From Octopus bimaculoides (taxonomy: Eukaryota): a DNA stretch of 64,000 nucleotides. The notes below the pieces were generated by a model. It did no database searches and was not told the origin of the DNA. It worked only from the letters and a program-made list of their open reading frames with translations. The stretch's first letter is position 1. Each line of letters opens with the position of its first letter. The DNA is taken from the NCBI RefSeq assembly GCF_001194135.2, contig NC_068981.1, positions 144,461,174 through 144,525,173 of the forward strand, read 5' to 3'. This document shows, in pieces, positions 24,618-38,300 of the stretch. Both the position numbers and the translations under genes were made by a program.

Positions 24618-25559
24618 NNNNNNNNNNNNNNNNNNNNNNNNNNNNNNNNNNNNNNNNNNNNNNNNNNNNNNNNNNNNNNNNNNNNNNNNNNNNNNNNNNN
24701 NNNNNNNNNNNNNNNNNNNNNNNNNNNNNNNNNNNNNNNNNNNNNNNNNNNNNNNNNNNNNNNNNNNNNNNNNNNNNNNNNNNNNNNNNNNNNNNNNNNN
24801 NNNNNNNNNNNNNNNNNNNNNNNNNNNNNNNNNNNNNNNNNNNNNNNNNNNNNNNNNNNNNNNNNNNNNNNNNNNNNNNNNNNNNNNNNNNNNNNNNNNN
24901 NNNNNNNNNNNNNNNNNNNNNNNNNNNNNNNNNNNNNNNNNNNNNNNNNNNNNNNNNNNNNNNNNNNNNNNNNNNNNNNNNNNNNNNNNNNNNNNNNNNN
25001 NNNNNNNNNNNNNNNNNNNNNNNNNNNNNNNNNNNNNNNNNNNNNNNNNNNNNNNNNNNNNNNNNNNNNNNNNNNNNNNNNNNNNNNNNNNNNNNNNNNN
25101 NNNNNNNNNNNNNNNNNNNNNNNNNNNNNNNNNNNNNNNNNNNNNNNNNNNNNNNNNNNNNNNNNNNNNNNNNNNNNNNNNNNNNNNNNNNNNNNNNNNN
25201 NNNNNNNNNNNNNNNNNNNNNNNNNNNNNNNNNNNNNNNNNNNNNNNNNNNNNNNNNNNNNNNNNNNNNNNNNNNNNNNNNNNNNNNNNNNNNNNNNNNN
25301 NNNNNNNNNNNNNNNNNNNNNNNNNNNNNNNNNNNNNNNNNNNNNNNNNNNNNNNNNNNNNNNNNNNNNNNNNNNNNNNNNNNNNNNNNNNNNNNNNNNN
25401 NNNNNNNNNNNNNNNNNNNNNNNNNNNNNNNNNNNNNNNNNNNNNNNNNNNNNNNNNNNNNNNNNNNNNNNNNNNNNNNNNNNNNNNNNNNNNNNNNNNN
25501 NNNNNNNNNNNNNNNNNNNNNNNNNNNNNNNNNNNNNNNNNNNNNNNNNNNNNNNNNNN

Positions 25560-25590
<31 letters not shown>

Positions 25591-25933
25591 GTACGTATGT
25601 ATACGCATGTATATGTGTGTGTATATATATACGCATATATTTCTATATACAGCGTAAATATGCTTGTATGTATATCAACAAAAGTTCTAAAATCGGTGAG
25701 AAAAGTGATTAATCGTTCCTCGCCCGTCAATTAATTCTATGTGGCTGATAGGTTTATACTGATGACATTTATTTTTTCCACAATATATACATAATGCTCT
25801 AACCCTTAATAGTTCATAACGCATGTAGATATTTGTAAAGATACTTAGTGAAAATTACAAAGCTAAGTCTAACTGCTTTGTATCCACCCAAGTATATATG
25901 CTAAGCATCCTAAATATCTTGCTACGTCTAAAT

Positions 25934-25999
<66 letters not shown>

Positions 26000-26520
26000 G
26001 CCAGTCTGTCTGTCTATCTATGTCTCTATCCATATCTGTATTTATGCATATATTTATATATATATATATATATATATANNNNNNNNNNNNNNNNNNNNNN
26101 NNNNNNNNNNNNNNNNNNNNNNNNNNNNNNNNNNNNNNNNNNNNNNNNNNNNNNNNNNNNNNNNNNNNNNNNNNNNNNNNNNNNNNNNNNNNNNNNNNNN
26201 NNNNNNNNNNNNNNNNNNNNNNNNNNNNNNNNNNNNNNNNNNNNNNNNNNNNNNNNNNNNNNNNNNNNNNNNNNNNNNNNNNNNNNNNNNNNNNNNNNNN
26301 NNNNNNNNNNNNNNNNNNNNNNNNNNNNNNNNNNNNNNNNNNNNNNNNNNNNNNNNNNNNNNNNNNNNNNNNNNNNNNNNNNNNNNNNNNNNNNNNNNNN
26401 NNNNNNNNNNNNNNNNNNNNNNNNNNNNNNNNNNNNNNNNNNNNNNNNNNNNNNNNNNNNNNNNNNNNNNNNNNNNNNNNNNNNNNNNNNNNNNNNNNNN
26501 AAAAAAAAAAAAAAAAAAAA

Positions 26521-28000
26521 AAAAGAAATCACAAAGTCGATATCAATAAAGAACAAGTTATTATTGAAATCCGAAAATTTATAAAAGAGGAAGAGAAATT
26601 GCTGGTTCATCATCGAAATCCAAGCAACAATAAGCAGAATAGTTGAAATGATTGAAATGGAATGATTTTTTTATTTTGGATCGAATTTTTCAGTAAAAAA
26701 TGCATTCGTTTGAGCCAATATTCTATTCAAAACAGATGCTATAAAACCTGTTAACCTATCTGAAGCAGTTTAAAGAAAACGGAAAGAAAACTAAACTGAA
26801 TCTGAAACTTTCTAAGCATTTTCTGGGAGTTTTAGATGTTTCAACAGGTTTAGAAATGTATTAGATGATCGATTAATCGCCACTAGCAATATTTCTACCC
26901 TAAAAATGTGTTAGATGATCATTTAGCGCTTTGAATATGGGTTACGAGCTTTCTTTCTTCGTCAAATAAATTTCCTTCTCTGCTAAAATCTGAAATAGGG
27001 AAAAGTAAAAAGACAGACGAGTATGCAGCAGCAAGATATCTCGGTTAATTGAAAAATTTATTGACGACAGCGGTTATATGATGAATAAATTATGTATGTT
27101 GATAGCATGCGGTTATTTTGGAAATAAATGCTTAATGAAATTAACTTGAAAAAAAAATAGAAAAAAAACTATAAGCTGTGTTTGAAGTTGCAAATAATCC
27201 TTCAAAATACATTTTGGGTGGGGGTGGAATTGTAGGTGGTAACTAAAAGACATCAAACAACTTTGGGATCGAAATGCTGCGAGAATTATGTTCTATACTG
27301 ATTTATCGGTCAGAAAACCCTCATGAGCATATACTGGATTATTTTCCCCTCTTTTGTGGTTCGAGAATTGCTTCTGTTATTAGTTCAAAAGTTAATAAAT
27401 ATATATATTTAATTCGCTTTTATGATTTTCCACTAAGTTCAAGATCATTCACATACTCGTGGTGAATTATATAAAAATATTGAATTTTAACACTGATTAC
27501 TTCGTTGGTGCTGTCAACAGACCAAAGGATAACAGCTACATTCAATGCCTACTACATTCGAGAAACTCTTGTACCAACATATGAAAAAGGTAGGAGAAAA
27601 CAATTAATCTTTCGGACCTTAGAAGAACTTTATCATAAAGAATTCATTGGAAAATATTAATGAGGTATGGCATGATGTAACAAGCAGTGATTACGTAACT
27701 GTTTAGAAAAATATAATCCTTCCTGCGCAGATAATTTTGTGGAGCTGAAAAAGGTTACAGGGCCGTGGCAAATGTCCCTGTTCTCGGTTTACTTATCGAA
27801 GTATTTGAATATTATGAAGATAGTTCATAAGACGGTATAGATATAGTTCATATAGAAATTAAGCAATTGCCTATGAAAAACTCGTTGCCAGTTTAAAATA
27901 TTTTTGAAGATGAAAAGCAGCTGATAATTAATTTAGAATGAAATGCAAGAACAGCAATGCAAGTCGGAAAAGATAAAAATGCAATCAGTTTCTATGGAGT
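26521..28000 (+). mobile_element. Tigger/pogo DNA transposon, decayed transposase
   Basis: KSISIKNKLL HTH start; DEYAAARY..KFIDDSGY..LFWK; TDQRITATFNAYYIRET matches the pogo-type QPMDQGVIATFKAYY motif; many stops and shifts. Confidence 0.7.
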
Positions 28001-28266
28001 CACTTAGAAAGTGAAGAGGAAGAAAGAAAAATTGAAACAAACATCTCTTGTACAATGATAAAAAAGAAAGAAAAAATTATCCAACCATTTAATGTATTTT
28101 CCGGCAAAGAAGTCGGCGTTGGAAAAAAGTATAAAGCTGCAGGGTAAACATTCAAACATCGTCACTGTCGTTACGGTTTCCAAATCCTGCTGCATTTCAC
28201 GTGGAATTTTTAGCCTTCGAAAGTCATTTTGGTGTATAAGTCGATCAATACACACACGCACACATG

Positions 28267-28359
<93 letters not shown>

Positions 28360-28590
28360 TCTTTTATTCTTTTGCTTGTTTCAGTCATTCGACTGAGCCC
28401 ATACTACAGCACCGCTTTGAAGGGTTTTAGTCGAACAAATCTACCCAAGGACATCTTTCAAGCCTAGTACTTATTCTATCAGTCTTTTTTGCCGAACCGC
28501 TAAGTTACAGGGACGTAAACACACCAACGCCAGTTGTCAAGCCTTGATGCAGTGGGGACAAACACAAAGACACACACGCATAGATAGATA
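28360..28590 (-). mobile_element. SINE family A, 3' half
   Basis: cttgtttcagtcatt..gccgaaccgctaagttacagggacgtaaacacacc. Confidence 0.8.
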
Positions 28591-28673
28591 GATACATACA
28601 TACATACATACATACATACATAAATACACACACACACACACACACACACANNNNNNNNNNCATACATACATAA

Positions 28674-28715
<42 letters not shown>

Positions 28716-28771
28716 CGTTTGTAGAAAACATAAGTTAGGAGAAGAAGCACACTCTAAGATGTAGAGCAGTA

Positions 28772-31410
28772 ATATTTTTTTTACTGGGGAAGGCTGGTCT
28801 ATGGGTCTACCCTGGGTTTCCCATCTATAAAGGGCTTAATTTTATGGCGTATCGACCAGACCCTAAAACTTGTTGGCCTAAGACCTCTTCAAAATATGGA
28901 GGGGAAAAGGCCTCGTTATGAATGTAAATAAGGGGATTACCGCCCTTTTTCCATTGGCCATCGGCTCAACACCCGGCTGTATCACTATTTTGAGGTCACT
29001 AAAAAGCTACGAAGGTATACAATAGGGGATTATATCCCTTTTCCATTGGCTACCGACTTCCAAAACGCTAGCAGGAATTTCCTGAACTGCAAACATCGCC
29101 TGAAAATCTCCGTTCTGGAGTTAAGGATGTTCCCTGGCTTGAGCGAGTCTTTTAGGATTCTCATGCGTTCAGCTAGTCATAACTTTCAGCGCTTCCTCCC
29201 GTTGATGCAAGGCCTTGGGTTTTCGAGGATCTTTCATGAGTTTGAGTATGGGATTCCGTAGTCTCTTAGTTGCCAGACGTGACTGGCCAGCGTTGTTACG
29301 TATCTTCTTACCAGGGTCACGAAAGAGGATTTATGGTTGGGAATGCATTTCTTGGGAGAATTACCATTACATCCAATGCATTTCCGTGGGCATGCGATGT
29401 CCTTACTGCACCTGTTACTGCTGCTGCTGTTGTTGATGTTGCCGTTGTGGATGCCGTCGCCGATGGTGCTGTTGTCGCTGCTGTTGATGCTGGAGCTGGG
29501 GCTGCTGGTGTTGGTGGCGGCGTCGGTATTGTTATCACCCCCTGTGTGTGTTGCCGGTGCTGCACCTGTTGTTGTTGCTGCGGATGCTGTCGTCGACATT
29601 GCCGTTGTTGGAGCTGTGGGCTGTTGGTGTTGGTTTTGGCGACCGTGGGGTTGGTGGTGACATCGGTAATACTATCGTCACTGCCGGTTGTGAAGAAGGC
29701 GCTGCTATTGTCAATATTGCAGTTATTGTTGTTGTTATTACTATTATTATTGCAGTCTTCACCGATGGTGGGGAAGCTGTCATGGCTGCTAGAGGTGCCA
29801 TTAGCCGTGTTTATGCCGGTGCTTTTTCTAGGGCCGCTGCTGCTGCCGTTGCTATTGTTGCCGCTATAGCTGGTGACGGCACTGGATCCATTTCTGATGC
29901 TACTATAGGGGCTGTCCGGTCTGCTAGCGTGGACATTGTCAGGTCTGCTACTGTGGATGTCAGAGAAGCTACTGGTAAGGTTGGTGTTGTTGGCGATATT
30001 GCTGTTGTTGATGTTAGTGATGGTGCAGTCAGGTGCTTTGTCAGTGCTGTCGATGATGCTGGTATTGTCGACGTTGTTAATGCTATCCAATGCGGCGATG
30101 GTGGCGGTGTTGTTGGCTCTGTTCTCGTGTCTACGGCTGCTATTGCGTCTACCGGTGGTATTGGCAGGGTTCGCTCGTACGTCGCCTTGCTAGACAACCC
30201 CTTTGGTTTAGTAGTGGCCTCCTACCATGTAAGTGTTGCAGTTCCTGGATGAACAACCTACCTCTTCCTGTGGCTTAGAGGCGCTAACTAGGTTATTCTT
30301 AACATTGGGAGCACAGCTAAACGAGACCCTAACGTTGTGCCCGTTGAAAATGAACCCGTACCTATGAGAGCTAGTGAAGAGCTAGTCTAGTAATCTAAGG
30401 AATAGTCTACCTACGGTCGTTATTGTGTTAAGGGAGAAGGTGGGAGCAAACCAAATTGTATTTCTGCAACGCTTCCTCCTGCGAATGTTGGGTTCAAGCA
30501 TATAGGAGATGTGGTCCCTAAATCCGCTGGCAGCTAGGGCCTCATTATAGTACGCTGCCGGAGTGTCAAAGACTTCTTGGTTAGAGGAAAGGCTCGAAAT
30601 CCTCTTACTAACACTCTTTACCAGGTTCTTGAACACGATGGGTGGGTGACAGGAGGCTGTGTTGATATACATTAGCTTCTCGTTTGGTTTGTGGTGGGGC
30701 ATGTGAGTACCGGAGCCCAAGTCGAGCGTGACGTTTAAGAAGTCTGCTCTTGTGAGCCTTGTCTCTATGGTGATCTTCAATCCTATGGAGGCAAGCGAAG
30801 CTGATTAAGTTTTTCCTAAGCCTAACTGGTGTATGACTTAGGTGTCATCTCTGTAGAGGCCAAAGAGGACACAAAGAAATTTTTTCCTAATGGTATCTAG
30901 GATATACAACCCTATGAGATCGCATACGTCAGCGCTGTCGAAGGCTCCCATCGCTTCGTCAAAGGAGCCCGTGGTGTCGGATTGCTTGACCTATGCCGAA
31001 CCTTTGTTGAACAGCACTGTCTTTCTGGCATGCATAATAATTTCTACATCTCTGTCGCTAATGCTAGTGAAGCACTTTAGGGAATTCCTGCTAGCATTTT
31101 GGAATCTGGAAGATATCGACACAGCCAGAAGTCGGTAGCCAGTGGCAAAAGGAGATAACCCCCTATTGTATACCTTCGTAGCTTTTTGGAGACCTCAAAA
31201 TGGCGGCAAAGCTGGGAGTCGATAGTCGATGGCCAATGGCAGAAGAGAGATAATCCCCTTGTTTACATCCGTAACGAGACCTTCCCCCTCCATACTTTGA
31301 AGAGATCTTAGACCAACAGGTTTTGGGGTCTGGTGATACGCCATAAAGTTAAACCCTTTATGGACGGGAAACCCAAGGCAATCCCATAAAAAGATTTTCC
31401 CCAGTAATAT
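28772..31410 (-). mobile_element. Penelope-like element (RT core, thumb, GIY-YIG with large low-complexity insert), bracketed by ~320-bp inverted repeats
   Basis: AMGAFDSADVCDLIGLYIL..GLYRDD (~30844-30960); DFLNVTLDL..KPNEKLMYINTASCHPP..SSNQEVF (30382-30780); GVV*QGDV; CIGCNGNS..NHKSSF..TTLASHVWQLRD..RTEIFRRC; 28772-29096 inverted against 31066-31410. Confidence 0.9.
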
Positions 31411-31416
31411 ACATAC

Positions 31417-31472
<56 letters not shown>

Positions 31473-31477
31473 GCACA

Positions 31478-31580
31478 AACAACGGGCTTCTTTCAGTTTA
31501 CATCTGCCAATTCCATTCAGAAGGCTTTTGTCTGCCCGTGGCTATAGTTGAAGACACTTGCTCAAGCGGGACTGAACCCT
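31478..31580 (-). mobile_element. SINE family A, 5' part
   Basis: acgggcttctttcagttt..gctatagttgaagacacttgctcaag..gggactgaacc. Confidence 0.7.
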
Positions 31581-32443
31581 TGGTCCCGAAAAATTCAACT
31601 TGTATGCCGAAAGATATTTGCGGCGGAGTGCAATATAACATGTTTTGACATAAATGAAGTTACTAAATATATTATAGGTAAATAAAGAGAAATGAGCTCA
31701 AACTTCAATCGAATTTTCATCGACGATTCCTATTACGATGTATTGGGTCTTGTTCACCAACCAAGCAGCAGTCTTTTAAGTCATTGATTATTTTCAGTTG
31801 ACACAATACCAATATATTTTCGATCAAGGCTTCATTCGATTGATTCGTTTTCAATGTATTATTGCTATTTATTTTATACTTCAAATTTGGAAAGTCGATC
31901 TCTGCCGTGATAATTTAATTCTCAACAAACGAAACTAAATACAGTAAACAATTTACTGCGGTGCTCTATCGATTCATCAGTACTGTAACGATAACGAGAA
32001 TATAAATTTGTAACGTGTATTTGCGTTATATTTTTATCGACAGAATATAAAAACTACATTGATAAGTGTTAAGTAACATAGTGTGCAAAACCGGATTAGT
32101 TTTATTGAGATAGTAGCCTCAAGATTATTACACATGGAAAAGAAACCCCCAGGTGACTAACACCACAACATTTGTTCACCAATCAATTATTTTATTAGGA
32201 TATTTTTTCAAAAACTGTAGGAACCTAAAACGAAATATGAAAATAAAATTATACATTAGATGTATTTCCGTAAAGATAATCTATGTTGTAAATATTTTTG
32301 TTATAGTATTCTTCTTACAAAATGTGTGCGTATATGTAAAAGTAGTCAAATTCACACAAATATGTATATCATAAACAGATAAAACCACATACATACGGTG
32401 CACACGCACACATACATAGAGATAGGCAAATAGATAGACACAC

Positions 32444-32488
<45 letters not shown>

Positions 32489-32886
32489 CATACATACATA
32501 CATACATATGCATNNNNNNNNNNNNNNNNNNNNNNNNNNNNNNNNNNNNNNNNNNNNNNNNNNNNNNNNNNNNNNNNNNNNNNNNNNNNNNNNNNNNNNN
32601 NNNNNNNNNNNNNNNNNNNNNNNNNNNNNNNNNNNNNNNNNNNNNNNNNNNNNNNNNNNNNNNNNNNNNNNNNNNNNNNNNNNNNNNNNNNNNNNNNNNN
32701 NNNNNNNNNNNNNNNNNNNNNNNNNNNNNNNNNNNNNNNNNNNNNNNNNNNNNNNNNNNNNNNNNNNNNNNNNNNNNNNNNNNNNNNNNNNNNNNNNNNN
32801 NNNNNNNNNNNNNNNNNNNNNNNNNNNNNNNNNNNNNNNNNNNNNNNNNNNNNNNNNNNNNTATATATATATATATATTCACATAC

Positions 32887-32924
<38 letters not shown>

Positions 32925-33613
32925 CACACAACACACAACACACACACATATACATGAAGTAGATAATAATTACATGTGTATGCAGGTAAGAAATACACGT
33001 TTGAAAATATGCAACGTAGCTCAAAACAAAATAGATTTCACTGATAGGGATTAATAGATAACAAATTAATTAGAGCTATTATCTGTGCGAAGGAAAAAGT
33101 GGAAAATGGGAAATCTCGAAGGACTATACATGTCTACATACTTAATTTCGTGTCTGTATGTTGATATTTATATATCAACATGCATAAACACGCACACGAT
33201 CATTAACACTCACGTGCGTAAATACATTCTTTGTCAAATATGTACACATATATTTATGCGTATATTCATACACACATATACATACACATCTATATGCAAA
33301 TAAGTATGTACATGTGTATATCTATGTACACGTTATGAGCGGCGGGAGTATTATTCGTTCAGTATAGCGATCTGTATATCTTACTTAACGTGGATATACT
33401 GTGAAAAGGCCACGACATTGCGGTGTTTCCCTTGAAACGAATAATCCTAAAAGCACAGAAGTATCAGTAGCGGCAGTGGATTAACAAAATCATTGTTGCT
33501 TTCTTGCAGTATATGCAATTTAAGTAAGACATACAGATCGCCATGCTTATATGTATGTACAGGCTTGAATGTGTGTGTCTGAATGTGTTTGTGTACGTGT
33601 TTGTGTGTAAATA

Positions 33614-33725
<112 letters not shown>

Positions 33726-34489
33726 TGTTTCGGTGTATTTATGCGTGTATGTGTGTGTATGCGTATGTCTGTGTTTTGGGAGTCTCTCCTTGCTTCGACG
33801 AATAAATGTTTGGCAAGGCACAGTATCAATAGCTGTGTCGTCGTGTGTGGAAATTGAGGCTAATCCGGAATCTGCAGATCGAATTGCAAAGGCTACAGAA
33901 GTGGTCTCCTTCAGTTAGTAGGAAGTTTGAATCTGGCTTTACGCTGCACTCTTTTCTCTTTCAGGAGGTTGATCCTGACTGCCTCAAACCCCAAAATGGC
34001 CTGGCAACAATAGCTTCTCTACTGGGCCTCTTCCTGTCTCTGTCGAGTTTTTCCGTTTCACCACTGGACTTATGAAGAACATATGATGGTCTTAATGCAA
34101 GTTTCTTGATTTGATGAACACCATGTACGATGAATATTTTGTGCATCATTAGTGCATAATGAATGCCAGTGTCCAGTCTATCAAATTTATATTCATCTGG
34201 TGCAACTAGTGTCACGAAACCAGCAGTATCAGCATGCAGAATTTTTTCTTAGCTGAGCAGCTAAAAGGTTGAAAGAGCTCATCGGCCCTGGGTCTGCTGG
34301 AGTGTCTGTGTGTGACCTGCCAGAGGCAACTCTCTGACACGATGTTTAACCTATAGCTGGTACCCTGTCAGGTGCTACTACTCCGTGTCAGAAAAGACCG
34401 AGAAACAACAGTAGCTAAGTGGGTGACTGCCTGCAATCTTCAAAACCCTGGGATTCCCGAACAAGGACGACACAGTCGGATGCAGTTTA

Positions 34490-35490
34490 TATATGTACAC
34501 TTAAGAACACTATAACGATATCACAATTCATCTAAACGGATTCAGAATATTAATAATGATGTTCCCGGAAAATCAACAGGGCCATCGCCAAAGACCTTCA
34601 GGTGTTGGAGTAGACTATCAGATCTGTGGTGTGTGAGACGCCAATTCATATCTATAAAGACACAGGAAAACCGTTTAATCTGAGCCAAGTTTTTACTTAG
34701 AAGTTTTTTTTTTTAATTTAAGGAACAAATTTAAAAACCTCACGAACAAATTTAAAAACCTCACGAACAAATTTAAAAACCTCATGAACATGAAATGCTT
34801 TGGTTCTCTCTGATGAGAAAAAACGTCATCCAAGCTCCAAAGAGCTGTCACTTGGTAATGTACAGATTCTTTTGAGGTTCCAGAATGATGTCCAGTAAGT
34901 TTCCCGCAAATATAATGGTTTTTAGTGGGGTGAGCAACGAAGATCAGGATATGACATCTCATATCTTTCCAAAGAGTTGTAGAATTAATGTTACTGGATA
35001 CGTTGAGATGCTTAAGAGAGTTTTTAAGCCCTTGGTGGATAAACTGCACTATGCAAGGATATGCCTGTTTCAAAATGACTCATTATGTTTTCAATAATCT
35101 TACGTAACCCAAGAATAGATATCAGACAAACTACACGATCGTGTAACACCAAACATGCCAGATTTAAATCCCATGGCCTACTGCGTTTGGAGCCTTAGAG
35201 AAAGAGAGTGGCTAATATACATTCTCACAATACCGTAGTTTCATTAAAGGCGGCCATGGTTCAGGTAATATCCGAAATGAATAAGCAGCCTTTTGTGCAG
35301 GCATGTAAAAGATTCCGGTCCCGCACTGAAGCAGTCACCGAAGCTGAAGGGAGATTCATACAATAATTTCATGAGAAAGCTGATGAAGAACATGTGCACA
35401 AGTTTTTATTAAAATACATTTGGCTTTGACTTGATTAGACTTGGTTTGTTAAATTACCAAATATGTACTCAAATGCCTTTCCCTCTGTGT
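34490..35490 (+). mobile_element. Tc1/mariner-superfamily transposon remnant (tentatively maT/DD37D-like)
   Basis: KFPANIMVFSGVSNE..GYVEMLKRVFKP..FQNDS..PDLNPMAYCVW; upstream HTH-like segment; stops and deletions. Confidence 0.8.
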
Positions 35491-36527
35491 ATGTATGTAT
35501 GGTTACACACACACACACATATATATATANNNNNNNNNNNNNNNNNNNNNNNNNNNNNNNNNNNNNNNNNNNNNNNNNNNNNNNNNNNNNNNNNNNNNNN
35601 NNNNNNNNNNNNNNNNNNNNNNNNNNNNNNNNNNNNNNNNNNNNNNNNNNNNNNNNNNNNNNNNNNNNNNNNNNNNNNNNNNNATATGTACATAAATGTT
35701 TTCAAGGTTTTTTCCCCCTTAAAGTTTTAAGAATAAATTTATATAATTATTCCATTTTCTTTTTTATTTCATTCTTTATGTATCTGCAATTTTGATTTAC
35801 TTATTTCTACTAATTAAATTTCTTTCACAATTTTCCATTCAGAAATTACAATTTACCTTTGTTATAGGGAGTATTTGGCATGCAACGTTTAAATTCTAAT
35901 TTTTATCCAAGAATTTCTTGCTCCGGTGCACTATTCAGGTTTGTTACGTTTTTCTTCTCTTTTTAAAAACTATCGCTTTATATACCGTTATGCACTTCAA
36001 AATAACAACCACGTTTATGACTTTTCCAACACAGAAACAAACATATTCAAGAAAGAAAAATCAATTTCAAAACATAAATATGCGTACAAAATTATTCGAA
36101 AGCAATTTCTGATGGGTTGAGTGGGTGATTTTTAATTACATCTCCATCTTTAATTTCATTTCTATAATCTCTGAGTTCTGAACTTAACTCAGTTCAAGCC
36201 ACCTTATGGTAATCTCATATGTCTGACTTTGGGGAGAAATATATTAAGTAATAAGCATGGGCTTCCTTCAAACAAAAATTGTTTCATCTTGTATGTTTGA
36301 CCTCACTGACTTTGTTAGTATGCACATAGTTAAGTAATGATTAAAATACTAAATGTAGTGAACAAATAATTTTTTGAATAATTCAACTCTGCACTGTTAG
36401 AAAAAAGAATCATTAGATCAATTTAAATTTGATCAAAGCAAGTAGAGAAAGCATCTCTATAGAGGAACTAACAAAGCATCACAAGAGCTAATATTAATGA
36501 AATATGATCTTTAGTTCTTGCATTCAG

Positions 36528-36610
36528 CTGGGAGATTACATTCGGGTCCAGGGCAACTGCTTGAAGTGCGAGGCGGTCGAGTTTTGAATGATTCTGACCC
36601 TCCTACTTTT
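36528..36610 (+). CDS. Candidate internal exon (xGRLHSGPGQLLEVRGGRVLNDSDPPTF)
   Basis: ttcttgcattcAG acceptor, GTTAGT donor, GC-rich island; the opposite strand is also open, so strand is uncertain. Confidence 0.3.
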
Positions 36611-37189
36611 GTTAGTGATATTTTATTGTTTAAATTGCCGTGAATTTTTTTTTATCTAACTTTCATGCTATATTAAGTATTTTCACCCTCCCTCTGTGTT
36701 ATTGTATATTTTTGTTCGTAATCATATATATAATTGTTTATGCGTACGTGTCAGATTCATGGGGTCTATAAAAATTATTAATTAAATTTGATCCTTGACA
36801 AGTACGTTGATAACTCCGTTCTTTCTTCCTATATAAATGTGGATTACTTTACATAGTACAAAAATAGATAAACCAATATATATTTCTGGCGTTTTCGACC
36901 CGCAGTCTGAACCATTAAACCCACTTAATTTTTTAGCGCACTCCGGAACATGCTCATGATACGTTCTTATTTCACTTTCCATATTAATTTTGTGACTTGA
37001 TGCCTATTAAGAAAAATCAATAAATGGAAAGTCACCACTGCTGTAAACCTTATCAAATTAGAAACATCTCGGTGCTTCACAGTTTGTGGTGGCCTAATTC
37101 TGTCCCAGATGGCAAAGATCTAGGAAATAGGTGCTTTCATCAGTTTTAGCAGAATTAAATGAATGCTGGATAAATTCTTAAGATGCTGT

Positions 37190-38300
37190 TATGAGAGTTG
37201 TCCTGGAAGTAATTCAAATAATTTTTTTTTAATGACATATGCCGTTTAAATTGTACATGCCGGTAGAATAACTCTTTATCTCCACAGAGACACCACTCAA
37301 CATAGGCTCCAAGTCTCCATCATAGCCGATTCATTTGCGCCATTGTTGAATCCAACTTTCGAATCCTCTCTGAGAAACTTTATATATATATTGTTCACCC
37401 ACTTTTTCTCAGTTTTCCTTCACCTCGACTGTGTCATCAAATCATTGTTTCCGAAAACTGAACTCTGTTGGACCGAACAGGTGAAAGTTGGAGCGCATCA
37501 GATCCAAGTTGCACGGTGGGTGGGAGATCACTAAACAACCAATTTGCCGAATGTCTGATTTGTTGCCGATGATGCGTGGGGTCACGCAGTGTAATGCTGA
37601 ATAGGAAAGATTTTCAGATTTTTGTTTAGGTCATTTGCTCCTAATGGCTTCTCTATGCTCCTGTAGTGTCTCAATGTACCACTCGTCGTTCTCTGTAGAA
37701 CCATGGTCTAGAAAATCGAGGAGCGTGACAACGTAACAGTCACTATGAAAATCTGTGTCGATCACTGGCTCTTGAACATCTTAGGCCTTAAAAATGAGGT
37801 GTGACGCCATTCAGTGGATTGAGTTTTCGTTTCTGGATCATAAGGAGATGCCCATTTCTCATTCCCTGTCACCAGATTGGAAAAAAATTGTCTTCTTTGG
37901 TTTCAAACATTTCAGGCAGATCAGAGCAAACTCTCTCCCTTCTTTCCTCTAGACAGGTGTCAGTTACCAAGTTATCGACTTTGCTTACACTTTTCGGTAT
38001 TCAAAGTCATACTTCTTCATTGTAACTACAGTCCAGCTGTGTAGTAAACTCACAAATTGTAATTCGTCTGCTTGCGCAAATTAGTTTGTCCACTTGTTAG
38101 TGATTCGCATCAGCGTTTGCTGAAGTTGATATTCTCTCACGGGTTTTATTTTCAATGTTGGTTTCACCTTCTTTAAATTATTTCGTTTCCCACAATGTAT
38201 CTTGTGATGGACGCATTTTCCTCAATGTTCCATATGAAAAGTTACCAGAAACAGAATGAAACTGAGCCTCATTCATGATATGGGCTTACTATTCACTAAA
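37190..38300 (-). mobile_element. mariner (DD34D-type) transposon, decayed transposase
   Basis: LVTG..EKWASPYDPETKTQSTEWRH; DFLDHGSTEN; SHPPCNLDLMRSNFHLFGP matches the mariner HPPYSPDLAPSDFHLF motif. Confidence 0.8.

Noticed and set aside
28830-28900. Possible hammerhead in the terminal repeats of the 28772-31410 element (UUGAAGA..GAUAC)
   Set aside because: GAUA instead of GAAA in both arms, weak stem II, and no stem III, cleavage triplet or stem I.
29270-30252. Plus-strand 199-aa and 234-aa V/A/L-rich ORFs
   Set aside because: Antisense shadows of the trinucleotide-like insert in the Penelope element.
33850-34490. GC-richer segment that may be a LINE 3' end
   Set aside because: No RT, endonuclease or zinc-finger motif could be read convincingly in any frame; left unclassified.
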